NCBI GenBank assembly: GCA_963737655.1
Contig: CAVTTN010000002.1
Coordinates: 4,960,001 to 5,024,000 of the forward strand
Source of the DNA: an uncultured Planctomycetota bacterium
GTDB taxonomy: Bacteria; Planctomycetota; Planctomycetia; Isosphaerales; Isosphaeraceae
Direction: 5' to 3'
DNA: 64,000 nucleotides
Shown here: piece by piece, positions 43,846 to 54,132 of the stretch
Layout of the letters: every line of letters starts with the position of its first letter
Position numbering within the stretch: position 1 is the stretch's first letter
Made by a program: the position numbers and the translations under genes
The notes under the pieces: generated by a model
Databases searched by the model: none
What the model was told of the DNA's origin: nothing
The model's input: the letters and a program-made list of their open reading frames with translations, nothing else

Positions 43846-44769
43846 ATGATCCGCACCCTCTCCGCCTTGATCGGGGCCTCGCTGCTGATCCCTGCACTCG
43901 CCCCGGCCGACGAGCCGCCGACCGTCCCCCTCTGGCCGGCGAATTACGTGACCATCAAGGGCACGGACAAGGGGGACGCCTTCCACTCGGGCGACGTCCC
44001 CACCATCACCGTGTATCTCGCGCCCAAGGAGAAGGCCACCGGCGCGGCCATCCTGATCTGCCCCGGAGGCGGCTACGGCTTCCTCGCCACCGAGCATGAG
44101 GGGAAGGCCGTGGCCGATTGGCTGAACTCGATCGGCGTGGCCGGCGTCGTCCTCAAGTACCGGATCGCCCCCAAATATCAGCATCCGGCCCCCCTCGATG
44201 ACGCCCGGCGCGCGATCCGGATGGTCCGGTGGAAGTCGAAGGAGTGGGGGCTCGACCCGAACCGGGTGGGCGTCCTCGGGTTCTCGGCCGGAGGCCACCT
44301 CGCCTCCACGCTCTCGACCCACTGGCGAGACGCCCACCCCTCCCCCGGCGACGCCATCAACGGATTCACCGAGAGGCCCGATGTCTCGATCTTGATCTAT
44401 CCCGTGATCGCCATCGGGACGCCCCAAGGCCATGCGGGGTCTCGCGACAACCTGCTCGGCAAGGACGCGCCGAAGGACCTCGTGATGAGCCTCTCGAACG
44501 AGACGCAGGTCAACGCCCAGACCCCGCCGACGTTCCTCGCCCACACCCTGGCCGACGACGGCGTCCCGGTCGAGAATAGCCTGCTCTACGCGGCGGCCCT
44601 GAGGAAGCACAAGGTGCCGTTCGAGCTCCACGTCTTCCAGAACGGCCCCCACGGGCTGGGCCTGGGCACCGGCTGGGAAGGCCACATCCCGCCCGACCCC
44701 GCGTTCCAGGCGTGGCCGGGGCTCTGCGCCTCGTGGCTGAAGCTCCACGGGTTCCTGGACAAGAAGTGA
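43846..44769 (+). CDS. Secreted alpha/beta hydrolase (esterase, BD-FAE-like)
   Basis: Signal peptide, CPGGGY, GFSAGGH nucleophile motif, D...GPHG. Confidence 0.9.
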   Translation: MIRTLSALIGASLLIPALAPADEPPTVPLWPANYVTIKGTDKGDAFHSGDVPTITVYLAPKEKATGAAILICPGGGYGFLATEHEGKAVADWLNSIGVAGVVLKYRIAPKYQHPAPLDDARRAIRMVRWKSKEWGLDPNRVGVLGFSAGGHLASTLSTHWRDAHPSPGDAINGFTERPDVSILIYPVIAIGTPQGHAGSRDNLLGKDAPKDLVMSLSNETQVNAQTPPTFLAHTLADDGVPVENSLLYAAALRKHKVPFELHVFQNGPHGLGLGTGWEGHIPPDPAFQAWPGLCASWLKLHGFLDKK

Positions 44770-44781
44770 TCGGAAGGCGCT

Positions 44782-44921
44782 TCCTCTGTAGAAAACCCGG
44801 GATGGAGAGGAATCGAGTCGGTCCGACTTCAATCGGGCCTGCAAAAAGGTCTTGTCTTGTAGGCCCGACTGAAGTCGGACCGACTCGATTCCTCATTCTC
44901 AACGGGGTTTTCTGCAGAGCT
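44782..44921. mobile_element. Family C MITE-like palindrome carrying a GTAG-REP pair, flanked by 9-bp direct repeats
   Basis: Ends CTCTGTAGAAAACCC / GGGTTTTCTGCAGAG; inner GTAGGCCCGACTGAAGTCGGAC pair; GAAGGCGCT at 44773-44781 and 44922-44930. Confidence 0.72.
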
Positions 44922-44945
44922 GAAGGCGCTGCTCTCTCGATTCGA

Positions 44946-45048
44946 GTCACGGCCGGGTGGCATGCTTACGTCTCCGTAAGCATGTTTTCGTGGAGTGTTT
45001 GATCGAAGACATGCTTACGGAGACGTGAACATGCCACCCGGCCGTGAC
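44946..45048. repeat. Family A palindromic doublet, copy 3 (core 44955-45039)
   Basis: GGGTGGCATGCTTACG-TCTC-CGTAAGCATG, N13-centred, reverse complement with 2 mismatches; arms extended by GTCACGGCC / GGCCGTGAC. Confidence 0.9.
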
Positions 45049-45711
45049 GATCAGGAAGACTGGGCGGCCTGCGTCAACTCTCGCGATCGGCACCGAAGCT
45101 CGTTCATGAAGTTGTCGCATCACTTCCTGGAAGCGTCAAACATCTGCAAGGGTGCCGCGCCGGGAAGTTGACTACACTTTACGTTGCAAAGTGGCGAAAT
45201 GGGCGGGAATCAGGCTGGATTGTCGCGCGCAACGACTCGTGCGCGAGCAAGAATGCTCATGTTAACAATATTCGAGTTGAAAATCGCAAATCCTGTCTCT
45301 CTTCGGGGATGCGGCGACTCGTCCCGCGACCCGCCGGGCTCGAAATCCGCGAGAAAGCGCGGTCACTTCGGCGGCCCGCGAGTCATCCACGATTTCACAA
45401 TCCCAGGAATTATGATGTCTGGAATTGGCTCATGAGAGCTTCGCGGCCGGCGGATTGGGTGATCGTGGAGGCCCCGGCTCGCGATGATCCGTGATGGGCG
45501 TGGGGCGTTTCTGGGTGGCCCGCGGTCTGAGGATCGCGAGCTTTGCGGTCGCGCGTCCCGGGGGAAAAAATTGGGAGAGATGGGCCCTTCCGCTGGCCGT
45601 GAAGGTGCGTCATAATCCAGGGTCAAGGTGACTGGGGGCCGTCCGGGTCCGGGATCGTGGTGGATCTCGGGCCGTCCTTGGCGGCCGACGCTTTCATGGG
45701 GATTCCCCTCG

Positions 45712-46856
45712 ATGAGAAGGCCGAACGCGGGGTGGGCCCTGATCGCCTCGGCGATTTTTGGGCTGGGCTTGTCGGGCTGTGGCGGCGGGGCGTCGGAGAA
45801 GAAGACGGACGAGGCGGAGGTGGCGTCGTCGGAGGAATCGGCCCCGGCCGAGGAAGCCTCGGCCCCGGAGGCCGCGGCGCCGGCCCCGGCACCCGCCCCC
45901 GCCGCCCCGGCCCCTCCGAAGGACTCGGGGACCGACGAGATGCTGGCCCTCTCCGGGGGGACGACGCCTCCGGCCAACGGGGCGGCCGCGCCCCCGGCCA
46001 ATAACGCCCAGTTCCCGTCCGGGGTGAACTTCGCCCAGGGCAACGCCGGGGGCGGCGCCCCGAGCGGAGGGGCCGGCGCCCCGAGCGGAGGGGGCGGCCT
46101 TTTGGGCGGAGGGGCCGGCGCCCCGGGCGGAGGGTCGGGCGGCTCGGCCTCGGCCCCCGGGGCGGGCGGAGGGGGCAACGGCAGCAACCCGTTCGGGGCC
46201 AACTACCCCGGCGCCGGCGGCAAGAATGGCCCCGGAGGCCCCGGACAGAATAGCGGCGGCCCGACCATGGCCGGCGGCGCGATGGGCAAGATGGCCCCGG
46301 GCGGCCCGAACATGGCCGGAGGCGCCATGGGCAAGATGGTCCCGGAGCCCCCGGCGGCATGCCCTCGGGCGACCAGCGCAAGGGCGGGGGCGGCATGGCC
46401 GGCCTGGACGACGCCCCCGGCGGCGGAGGCATGATGGGAGGCGCCGGAGGGGGTTCGGACAAGGACGACGACTTCTCCACCGCCTTCAAGGGGGCCGAGA
46501 GCTTCCTCAACGCCCTCAAGAAGAAGGACCCCGAGAAGCTCGCCGCCACCATCGCCAAGCACGCCGAGTACGAGGCCAAGGAATCGCACCGCGAGATGTT
46601 CAAGAACATCGCGTTGCAGTCCGCCTCGGGCTCCGAGATCGACGAACTCGCCCGGGCCGTGAGCGGGATGAAGGTCATGGATTCCAACGTCCGCAAGAGC
46701 TCGGGCACCTGGGGGATCATCGTCGGCAAGCAGGACTCTCACGAGCGGACCACGCGGACCTTGCTGATGAGGCATGAGAAGGACGGCTGGAAGGTCCAGG
46801 ACGTCGGCCCGGAGAAGGTCCTCAAGATCGGCCCGCCCCCGGCCAAGAAGAAGTGA
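45712..46856 (+). CDS. Gly/Ala/Met-rich lipoprotein with C-terminal globular domain; frameshift near 46338
   Basis: Lipobox LSGC; repeated MAGGAMGKM; ORFs 45628 and 46359 join (KMGPGAPGGMPSG) if one G is restored. Confidence 0.7.
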
Positions 46857-46911
46857 CCACGATCGGGGCGTCTGTGTAACTTCTTCCGCGTCGATCCTTG
46901 AAAAAATTACC

Positions 46912-46950
46912 CGACCCCGGCGACAAAACCGCGCCGGGGTCGTTTTTTTC
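46912..46950 (+). terminator. Rho-independent terminator
   Basis: CGACCCCGGCG-loop-CGCCGGGGTCG followed by a T tract; an A tract upstream may make it bidirectional. Confidence 0.8.
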
Positions 46951-46997
46951 CTCAAGATCCCCGCGGGATCGGCCGGGCCCGGCCCGGCGACGGCCCC

Positions 46998-47015
46998 TTG
47001 GCCCGCAATCTGCAT
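46998..47015 (+). promoter_or_regulatory. Candidate sigma54 promoter
   Basis: TTGGCCCGCAATCTGCAT = GG-N10-GC, just after the terminator and about 100 bp before ATG 47114. Confidence 0.45.
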
Positions 47016-47113
47016 TGCCGAGGGGCAAGACCTCGCGAAGGATCGCGACGGGCCGAAGCCGACCGCCCCGCCCTCTCGGCACCGAGGGGCGGGCCCAAGG
47101 AGGGAGAACAGGG

Positions 47114-47434
47114 ATGGACACGATCGTTCCGCCGTGCGTGGTCTTGGAAGCCTTCGTGGTCGCCTGCCAGGTCCTGGGGGTCGCGACGCTCTGCCTCTGG
47201 AGGCTGTTCCCGGGCACGCGATGGTCGGTCCGGGGCCGCGCCGGGTTCGTCGTGGCCTTGATCGGCCTGGGGATCGGCGGGGCGCTGTGCGGCCGCGAGG
47301 ACTCGGAGTTCGCCCTGTTTGCCGGCACCACGATGACGGCCCTCCTGATCGGCATGATCATGGGCGGCGGATCGATCGATCTGGCCGGCTCGACCCGCCA
47401 TCCCGGGACGGCGGAGGCGCGGCTGGCGGCCTGA
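47114..47434 (+). CDS. Small 3-TM hypothetical membrane protein
   Basis: GGGAG upstream; three hydrophobic segments; followed by its own terminator. Confidence 0.7.
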   Translation: MDTIVPPCVVLEAFVVACQVLGVATLCLWRLFPGTRWSVRGRAGFVVALIGLGIGGALCGREDSEFALFAGTTMTALLIGMIMGGGSIDLAGSTRHPGTAEARLAA

Positions 47435-47474
47435 TTTTTTTCGGGACGCAAGGTCTTTGGGACCAACGACTTCG

Positions 47475-47509
47475 ACGGCCGGGGCCCGGGGGCCTCGGCC
47501 GTTTTTTTT
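47475..47509 (+). terminator. Rho-independent terminator
   Basis: ACGGCCGGGGCCC / GGGCCTCGGCCGT followed by a T tract. Confidence 0.82.
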
Positions 47510-47722
47510 GGCGTCGGTTTGACGGCCCAATTTCCGTGGTCCATAGTTCGGCCGTCGGCCCGGGGACGGGTCGGCCGGCACGGATGCGAAGCCCCTCGTG
47601 CGATCCGCTCCCACCCGCCGGCCGGGCGTCTCGGGCCCCGGTTTCCGCCGACTCCGGACGGTGCGACCCGCTCGCCGTCCGGTCCCGGTCGTGTCGGCTC
47701 CTGGCGGGAGAAGGATAATCCC

Positions 47723-48574
47723 ATGATGGTCTCTCGGAAACGGATTTCGGCGGCCCTCGGCCTGCTGATCGCGGCGGCCTCCGCGCCGGCGATGGCCCAG
47801 AACATCGCCCCCGGCCCGAACCAGGTCACGGCCGACGCGATCGCCGCGTCGCTCAAGGCCCACCCCGGCCTCAGCCGGTCCCGGATCGCGATCGAGACCC
47901 GGGGCGGGACGGCCCTGCTGGTCGGCACCGTGGCCAGCCCCGCGCTCCGGGCCGAGGCCCTGAACCGCGCCCAGAGCACCCCGGGCGTCGTCTCGGTCGT
48001 CGATCGGCTCCGCATCGTCGGCGATTCGAGGGTCATCCCGGCCCAGTTCCAGCCGGGCCAGCCCGCCCAGATGATGGGCGGCCAGCCCAGCCAGATGATG
48101 ATGGGCGGCCAGCCGAGCCAGATGATGGGCGGCCAGCCGAGCCAGGTGGCGATGGGAGGCGGCGGCCTGTTCCATCACAACCAGGGCGGCGGCTACGCGG
48201 CCGGTCCGGCGATGGGCGAAGAGGTCGTCTCGGGCGGGATGACCGGCGGGTCGATGGTCCCCTCCTATGACGGGCCGATGCCCGAGGGTCCGGCGGGCAA
48301 CTCCGGGCCTCTCCAGGCATCCAACCCGGGCATGCCGAACTATGCCTGGCCCAGCTATGCCCCGTATCCCAACGCCTCGGCCGTGGGTTACCCGACGGTC
48401 TACCCCTGGCAGGCCTGGCCGAACATCGGGCCGTTCTACCCCTACCCCGAAGTGCCCCTGGACTGGAGGGCCGTGACCCTCCGCTGGGACGACGGGATCT
48501 GGTGGCTGGACTTCCGCAAGCACTACACCCGTCCGTTCTTCACGCCGTATCCGTTCGGGCTCTTCGCCTACTGA
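47723..48574 (+). CDS. Secreted BON-domain protein with Q/M/G repeats and aromatic-Pro C-terminus
   Basis: Signal peptide (AMA-Q), BON pattern (LVGTV...PGVVSVVDRL), GGQPSQMM repeats, PNYAWP...WPNIGPFYPYP...LRWDDGIWWLDF. Confidence 0.82.
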   Translation: MMVSRKRISAALGLLIAAASAPAMAQNIAPGPNQVTADAIAASLKAHPGLSRSRIAIETRGGTALLVGTVASPALRAEALNRAQSTPGVVSVVDRLRIVGDSRVIPAQFQPGQPAQMMGGQPSQMMMGGQPSQMMGGQPSQVAMGGGGLFHHNQGGGYAAGPAMGEEVVSGGMTGGSMVPSYDGPMPEGPAGNSGPLQASNPGMPNYAWPSYAPYPNASAVGYPTVYPWQAWPNIGPFYPYPEVPLDWRAVTLRWDDGIWWLDFRKHYTRPFFTPYPFGLFAY

Positions 48575-48609
48575 GACACCGCCCGCGGATCGGGACCGAA
48601 GCAGGCGTC

Positions 48610-48658
48610 GCCGACGGGGGTCGGGGGGAATCGCTCCCTCCGGCCCCCTCGGCTTTTT
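48610..48658 (+). terminator. Probable terminator
   Basis: GC-rich hairpin followed by TTTTT. Confidence 0.6.
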
Positions 48659-48913
48659 GGCCCTGGGACGGAGCCGGGAGGCGGGGGGCGGCGGGGTCGT
48701 ATATCGATTCCAGACCGATCCGTCGGGAAATTCCTCACAGCCCGGGGCTTCCCCAGACGATACTCACACCACGAAACCGCTCAACGTTCGCCCAGAGAGG
48801 GCGTGGTCTGGTGCGGTCAGGAGACGAACTCCGGCGCGGTTTGGCGGTGATGTCGGAGGGGCCGGAGCGCCCCTGCGGCCGGCTCGCGCTCGATCCAAGG
48901 AGGGGATTTGACC

Positions 48914-49519
48914 ATGACCCGTTCCGCGCGGCATCGAGGCCCGCTCACCCCGCGCTGGGTTCGCGGCCTCCTGGCGGGGGTCCTGCTCGCCGGCATTTCG
49001 ACCGGGGCCACCGGCTGCGGCCTGTCGTATGTGTTCCGCAATATCTCGCCTCTCCACGTCACCGGATGGTCGTTCGCCTGGCCGATCCTCCCCTCCCAGC
49101 AGCAGAGGCTGGAAGAGGACATCAAGCGGGAGAAGAGGGACCGCGTCCCGATCCTCGACCCGATCCCCGGCGAATTCGCCCCGCCGACCTGCCTCGACCC
49201 GCCCAACGAGCAGGAAGTCTGGGACATGGTCCCCAAGTTCAAGAATGGATGCCCTCCGTTCTATGAGACCCAGAGGAATAACGTCCGATTCCTGATCGAG
49301 AAGATCGGCGACAAGATCGATCCGCCGAAGATTTACCCGCTGGCCGGGGCCTGCCAGCTCGTCCACTGCCACTACAAGTGCACGGTGTATTACGACGAGC
49401 TGTACTGGGCGGACTACCCGATCCCGTTCCATCACCTGGACCACCGGGTCGAGGTGATCTACATGGACAAGGACCACCTCCGCCGAGTGGGTGGCCCGCC
49501 GGTCTCGACGATCCAGTAA
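48914..49519 (+). CDS. Hypothetical lipoprotein
   Basis: Lipobox ATGC; RVPILDPI, DPPNEQEV and HCHYKCTVYY...EVIYMDKDHL; coding-like codon bias. Confidence 0.78.
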   Translation: MTRSARHRGPLTPRWVRGLLAGVLLAGISTGATGCGLSYVFRNISPLHVTGWSFAWPILPSQQQRLEEDIKREKRDRVPILDPIPGEFAPPTCLDPPNEQEVWDMVPKFKNGCPPFYETQRNNVRFLIEKIGDKIDPPKIYPLAGACQLVHCHYKCTVYYDELYWADYPIPFHHLDHRVEVIYMDKDHLRRVGGPPVSTIQ

Positions 49520-49719
49520 CGCCCCGAATCCGTCCCCTCTCCGAACCCCTCTCGCCCGCCGATCGGCCCCGTCTCGGGACGATCCGGCGGGCGAGAGGCG
49601 TTTCGGGCCCGCCGGAACGCCGTCTTTCGCCAATTTTCGTCCCCTTCGGCCCTCCGATGCGATATACCGGAAGGGACGATGCCGAGCCCTCGCGACGCCA
49701 GCCGACCGAGAATTCGCCG

Positions 49720-52700
49720 ATGCCGAGCACCACCCTGCCCGAGGATGACCCCTTCCTCCAGCCAACCGAGCCCGACCCGTCGCTCCACGACGAGCCGACC
49801 GTGTTGCCCGGGGTCGCGATCCACGACGAGGCCACGCTCCCTCCTCGGGCCGATGGGGTCCATGACCAGGCGACCCTCCTCGGGGGCGAATCGCCCTCGT
49901 CCGCCTCGCGGACTCGCACCTACGTCAAGAAAAAAGGGCCGATGGGGCCGTCCGACCTCACGCTCTCCTACGTCGTCTCCCGGTCCGGCGCGGCGATCCA
50001 CTATGACGAATCGGCCATCTCCGACGCCTTCACCCCCGGAGGCGTCCTCCAGAATCGGTATCTCCTGGAAAAAGAGCCTCGGCCGGGGCGGGATGGGCCT
50101 GGTCTATCTCGGCAAGGATCGCCGGCTCGAGCGCCCGGTGGCCGTCAAGATCATCCTCCCCCAGGGCTCGGCCGACGAGCGCAAGGAGGCGGTCCTCCGC
50201 GAGTCGTTCGCCGACGAGGCCCGGATCGGCGCCAGCCTGACGCACCCGGCGATCGCCACGGTCTTCGACTACGGGTTCCACGACGGCTCGCCGTTCACCG
50301 TCTTCGAGTTCATCCCGGGCGAGACCCTCCGCGACCTGATGACCCGGAGGAAGCGGCTGGAGCTGGACGAGGTCCGCCTGATCGTCAGCGCCCTGGCCCA
50401 GGCGTTGGACTTCGCCCACTCCCGCCACGTCGTCCATCGCGACTTGAAGCCGGAGAACATCCGGGCGACCGAGCAGGGGCAGTTCAAGGTGCTCGACCTC
50501 GGGCTGGCCAAGGACTTCCACCGCCAGGAGGACTGGTCGTTCTGCGGGACGCCCGCCTACGCCAGCCCCGAGCAGGCCGGCGGACTCCCCTGCGACGGCC
50601 GGACCGACCAGTATGCCCTGGCCGTGATCGCCTTCGAGCTCCTGACCGGCCGCCGGCCGTTCGAGAGCAAGGACTGGCTGACCCTCCTCGAGAAGCACGC
50701 GACCGAGCCCCCGCCTTCGCCCATCTCGATCCGGGCCGACCTGCCCGACGCCATCGGCAAGGCCGTCCTCCGCGCCCTGAGCAAGGACCCGAACGATCGC
50801 TTCGCCACCTGCGAGGAATTCGCCGTCGCCCTGGGCGGTTATTTCCTCTCGGCGCCGGCCCCCCTGCCGGACGTCCTCCGGGAGGCCCCGGGCCGCTGGT
50901 TGGCGGGCCCCTTGAGGACCTATCGCCAGTCCTTCAACCCGATCCGGACGAGGATCCACCTGCTGCTGACCCCGGCCGATTTCTGGGTCTGGCATCAGTC
51001 CTCGATCACGAGGATCCCGCTCGGGGCGATCCGCGAGTGCCGCCGTCGGCGGTTCTCGAAGACCCTGAAGCTCCAGGTCGCCACGAAGAAGGGGATCAAG
51101 ACGCAGAAAATCCGCATGAAATCGCGGAAGGAATGCCGAGCCTGGGCCGAGAGGCTGGCCGCCCTGCTGAACGAGACCAAGCCGGACGACTCGGCCGTGA
51201 TCGGCGAGACCCGGAACGAGCCGGTCGTGCTCCTGCCGAGCCGCCCGGTGGCCCGGTTCCAGCTCCTCGGGCCGGTGGAGGCCCGGGGGCGGAAGTCGTG
51301 GAGCATCCGCGCCGGCCTGCAAATCCGGGCGGCGATGATCGGGGCCGACGCCGTGGTGGACGTCCGCGAGGAGAGGCTCTCCGGCTTCATCCGCACCGAA
51401 CGCCGGGTCGCCGGGATGGCGCTGAAGGCCGTCGATGGCGACGGCCGGGCCGAGTTGAAGCTCCGGTGGTTCGACGGCGAGGCGAAGCGGCTCGGGGCCT
51501 GGCTGGCGCTGCTCACCGGGTTCATGGCGTTCTATGGCGTCACCGTCTTCCTGGTGACCCTGTTCCAGCAGTGGCTGCCGGGCACGGCGACCTACTCCTC
51601 GGTCGAGGCCACGGCCGGGACGCTCTACCTCGACCCCGGGACGTACTCGTTGCTGGTGAACGTCTGGCCGTTCCTGGGCGTCCTGGGCCTGTGGATCACC
51701 CGATGGCCCCAGATGGCCCGGCCGGCGGCGCTGGCGAGCTTCGGGCTGGGGCTGAGGAGCCTGCTCGGCCTGGCGCTGATCGCGATCTCGCCGATCGTCC
51801 AGATCATGGCCGCGATCCGTTCGGCCGGCGGCCTGGGCGGGCTCCTCTCCAGCCCGGCGAGCCTCTGGATGCTGGTCACGAACCTGGGGCTCATCGGCCT
51901 GGTGATGGCCATCGGCTTCGCGGTCAGCTTCGGCTACATCTATTTGACGATGTCGCTGGGCCGCCGGGCCTGGAGGGCGGAGGCCGAGCTCCGGGCCTCC
52001 GCGCCGGAGTCCCCGGCCAGGGCGCCGGCCCACCGCAAGGTGGCCGGGGCCATCGCCCTGATCGCGACCCTCCTTTGCGTCCTGGCCTCGGCCTGGTCGG
52101 AGCTCTACACCTTCGTCATCACCCTGCAAGCTCAGGTCGAAGGCACGCCCGCCCCCCCTCGCCAGGCCCGGAACGGACCGAGCATGACTGTCTCGACGAG
52201 TCCGCCGGTCGCCCCCCCGGCAAACGCCCGGTTCGGCACCCCCACGCCGCCCCGACCCGCACCGGCCCCCCCGCCTCCGGCCGACCCGAACGACCCGGTC
52301 GTCGCCCTCCGCCAGAAGCTCCGGGCGGCCCAAGCCTCGCTTCAGACGGACCCGACCGACGCCTCCGCCAACGAGGCGCTGGGCAAGGCGGCCCGAGACC
52401 TCGTCCGGGCCCTCCTGGCGAACCCGGATCGACCGCCCGACCCCGCGCCCCCTCTGGCGGAGGCGTGGACCTCCGCATTGACCGCCCTGGAATACCGGCC
52501 CGAAGACGCCGAGCTCCGCCGCCTGATGGGCCTGGCCCAGGTCCGCCAGGGGCTCGGCTTCATGGGGATCGTCCCTCTGGAGGTCGCCCGGGCCAAGCTG
52601 GGGGACGACCCCGAGTCCGACCTCTGGCTCGCGATGGCTTACGCCAAGTCGAGGCAGATGGATCGGGCCCGGAAGGCCCTCCAACGAGCCTCCGAGGCGC

Positions 52701-52789
52701 TGGCCGCCGGGCCTGCCGAGAAGGCGGAGGCCCTGAAGGCCCTGAAGGCGAACGCCGAGAAGGCCGTCGGCCCGGGGACTCCGCCATGA
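49720..52789 (+). CDS. Multidomain Ser/Thr kinase (kinase - soluble domains - multi-TM - TPR-like); frameshift near 50077
   Basis: LQNRYLLEKE in one frame joins LGRGGMGLVY in another; VAVK, HRDLKPEN, DLG and GTPAYASPE motifs. Confidence 0.85.
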
Positions 52790-54012
52790 CCGAGGCCCCG
52801 ACCGTCGAGCGGTCGCCGGCCGCCCTCCGCCTCGGCGTCCTCTTCGTCCTCGCCGCCCTGGCGAGGGTCGGGCCCGACCTTCACCGGGCGATCGACTGGC
52901 GGCTCGCCTCCCAGGAGCGGCTCGAAGGGGAGTTCCTGGCCACGTCCTGGAACGATTTCGGCGGGATCCTGCTGGCGATCGGCCCGATCGCCGTCGGGAT
53001 CGCCCTGATCCTGACCCGAGACCGCCGGTTCGCCCGGGCCGCGTCCCTGACCGCCGGGGGCCTGGCCGTCGAGGGGACGCTGTCGCTGATCTTCGCCGCG
53101 GTGATCGACTCGGGATGGGGCCGGATCGCCCCGGCCCCGGGCTCGCCGATGACCTGGCCCGGCCCCATGCTCCCGAAGGGACCGGCGCTCGCCGGATGGA
53201 TCGCCCTGGTGGTGACCTGGTGGGTCCTGATGATCGCCAGTCGAAGGCTCCGGGACCGGGGCCGGGGAGGGACGGCCCCTCGCCTGGCGAGCTTCGCGGC
53301 CGGGCTGTTCGCCCTGGTCCTCCTCGGAACGTTCGGCTGGTCGAGCTATCTCGAAGTCCTGGAGCGGTTCCCGTCGATCCGCCGGATGGTCCTCCTGGCC
53401 GATCGCCGGCCTGCGCGACCCCGGAGAGGGCCGCTGACCCTCTCGGCCGAGGAGAAACGGGCGAAGGAGGCGCTCGGCCTGTTCCAGGAGGGCCGAGGCC
53501 ATCTCGACTCCGGGCGATCGGCCGAGGCCCGCCGGGCGATGATCAAGTCGTTGAACCGCTATGAGGCCCTCGTCCGCGACTTCCCCCAGAGCAAGGGCTA
53601 TCGCCGAGAGGTCGCGCACGTGGCCAACAACCTCGCGTGGTTCCTGGTCACGTCGGCCGACCCGTCGGCCCGGGACCCCGAGACCGCGGTGGCCGTCGCC
53701 CGCCGGGCCGTCGAGCTCGAACCCGACGAGGGCAATTACCAGAATACCCTGGCCGTGGCCCTCCTCCGGACCGGCGACCTCGACGGCGCCGAGGCCGCCT
53801 TCCGCAAGGCGATGGACCTCCGCGACGGAGGGGACAGCTTCGACTGGTACTTCCTCGCCCAGATCGAGGCCAGGCGGGGCCGCCCCGACGCCGCGAAAGC
53901 CCTCTACGCCCGCGCCCGGGCCTGGCACCGCGAGAACCCCCAGCGCAACGAGGAACTCGACCGCTTCCGGGCCGAGACCGCGAAGGCCCTCGGCCTCGAC
54001 CCGGCCCCCTGA
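52786..54012 (+). CDS. Multi-TM membrane protein with C-terminal TPRs
   Basis: ATGA overlap with the kinase stop; about 5 TM segments; NNLAWFL...AVELEP...NTLAVA TPR pattern. Confidence 0.82.
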   Translation: MTEAPTVERSPAALRLGVLFVLAALARVGPDLHRAIDWRLASQERLEGEFLATSWNDFGGILLAIGPIAVGIALILTRDRRFARAASLTAGGLAVEGTLSLIFAAVIDSGWGRIAPAPGSPMTWPGPMLPKGPALAGWIALVVTWWVLMIASRRLRDRGRGGTAPRLASFAAGLFALVLLGTFGWSSYLEVLERFPSIRRMVLLADRRPARPRRGPLTLSAEEKRAKEALGLFQEGRGHLDSGRSAEARRAMIKSLNRYEALVRDFPQSKGYRREVAHVANNLAWFLVTSADPSARDPETAVAVARRAVELEPDEGNYQNTLAVALLRTGDLDGAEAAFRKAMDLRDGGDSFDWYFLAQIEARRGRPDAAKALYARARAWHRENPQRNEELDRFRAETAKALGLDPAP

Positions 54013-54132
54013 CCGGCAGGGGGCGGCCGATCGACGGGGAAACGGTGGCGCCATTTCCCGGTCCCCCTCTCCTCGGACGGCGATCGCGCCGTACAATGCC
54101 GGGAAACCGCCCCGAGACGGAACCCCGCGCCG

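Noticed and set aside
45168..45494. 108-aa ORF in the AT-richer gap
   Set aside because: TTG start, atypical codon usage and no recognisable motif.
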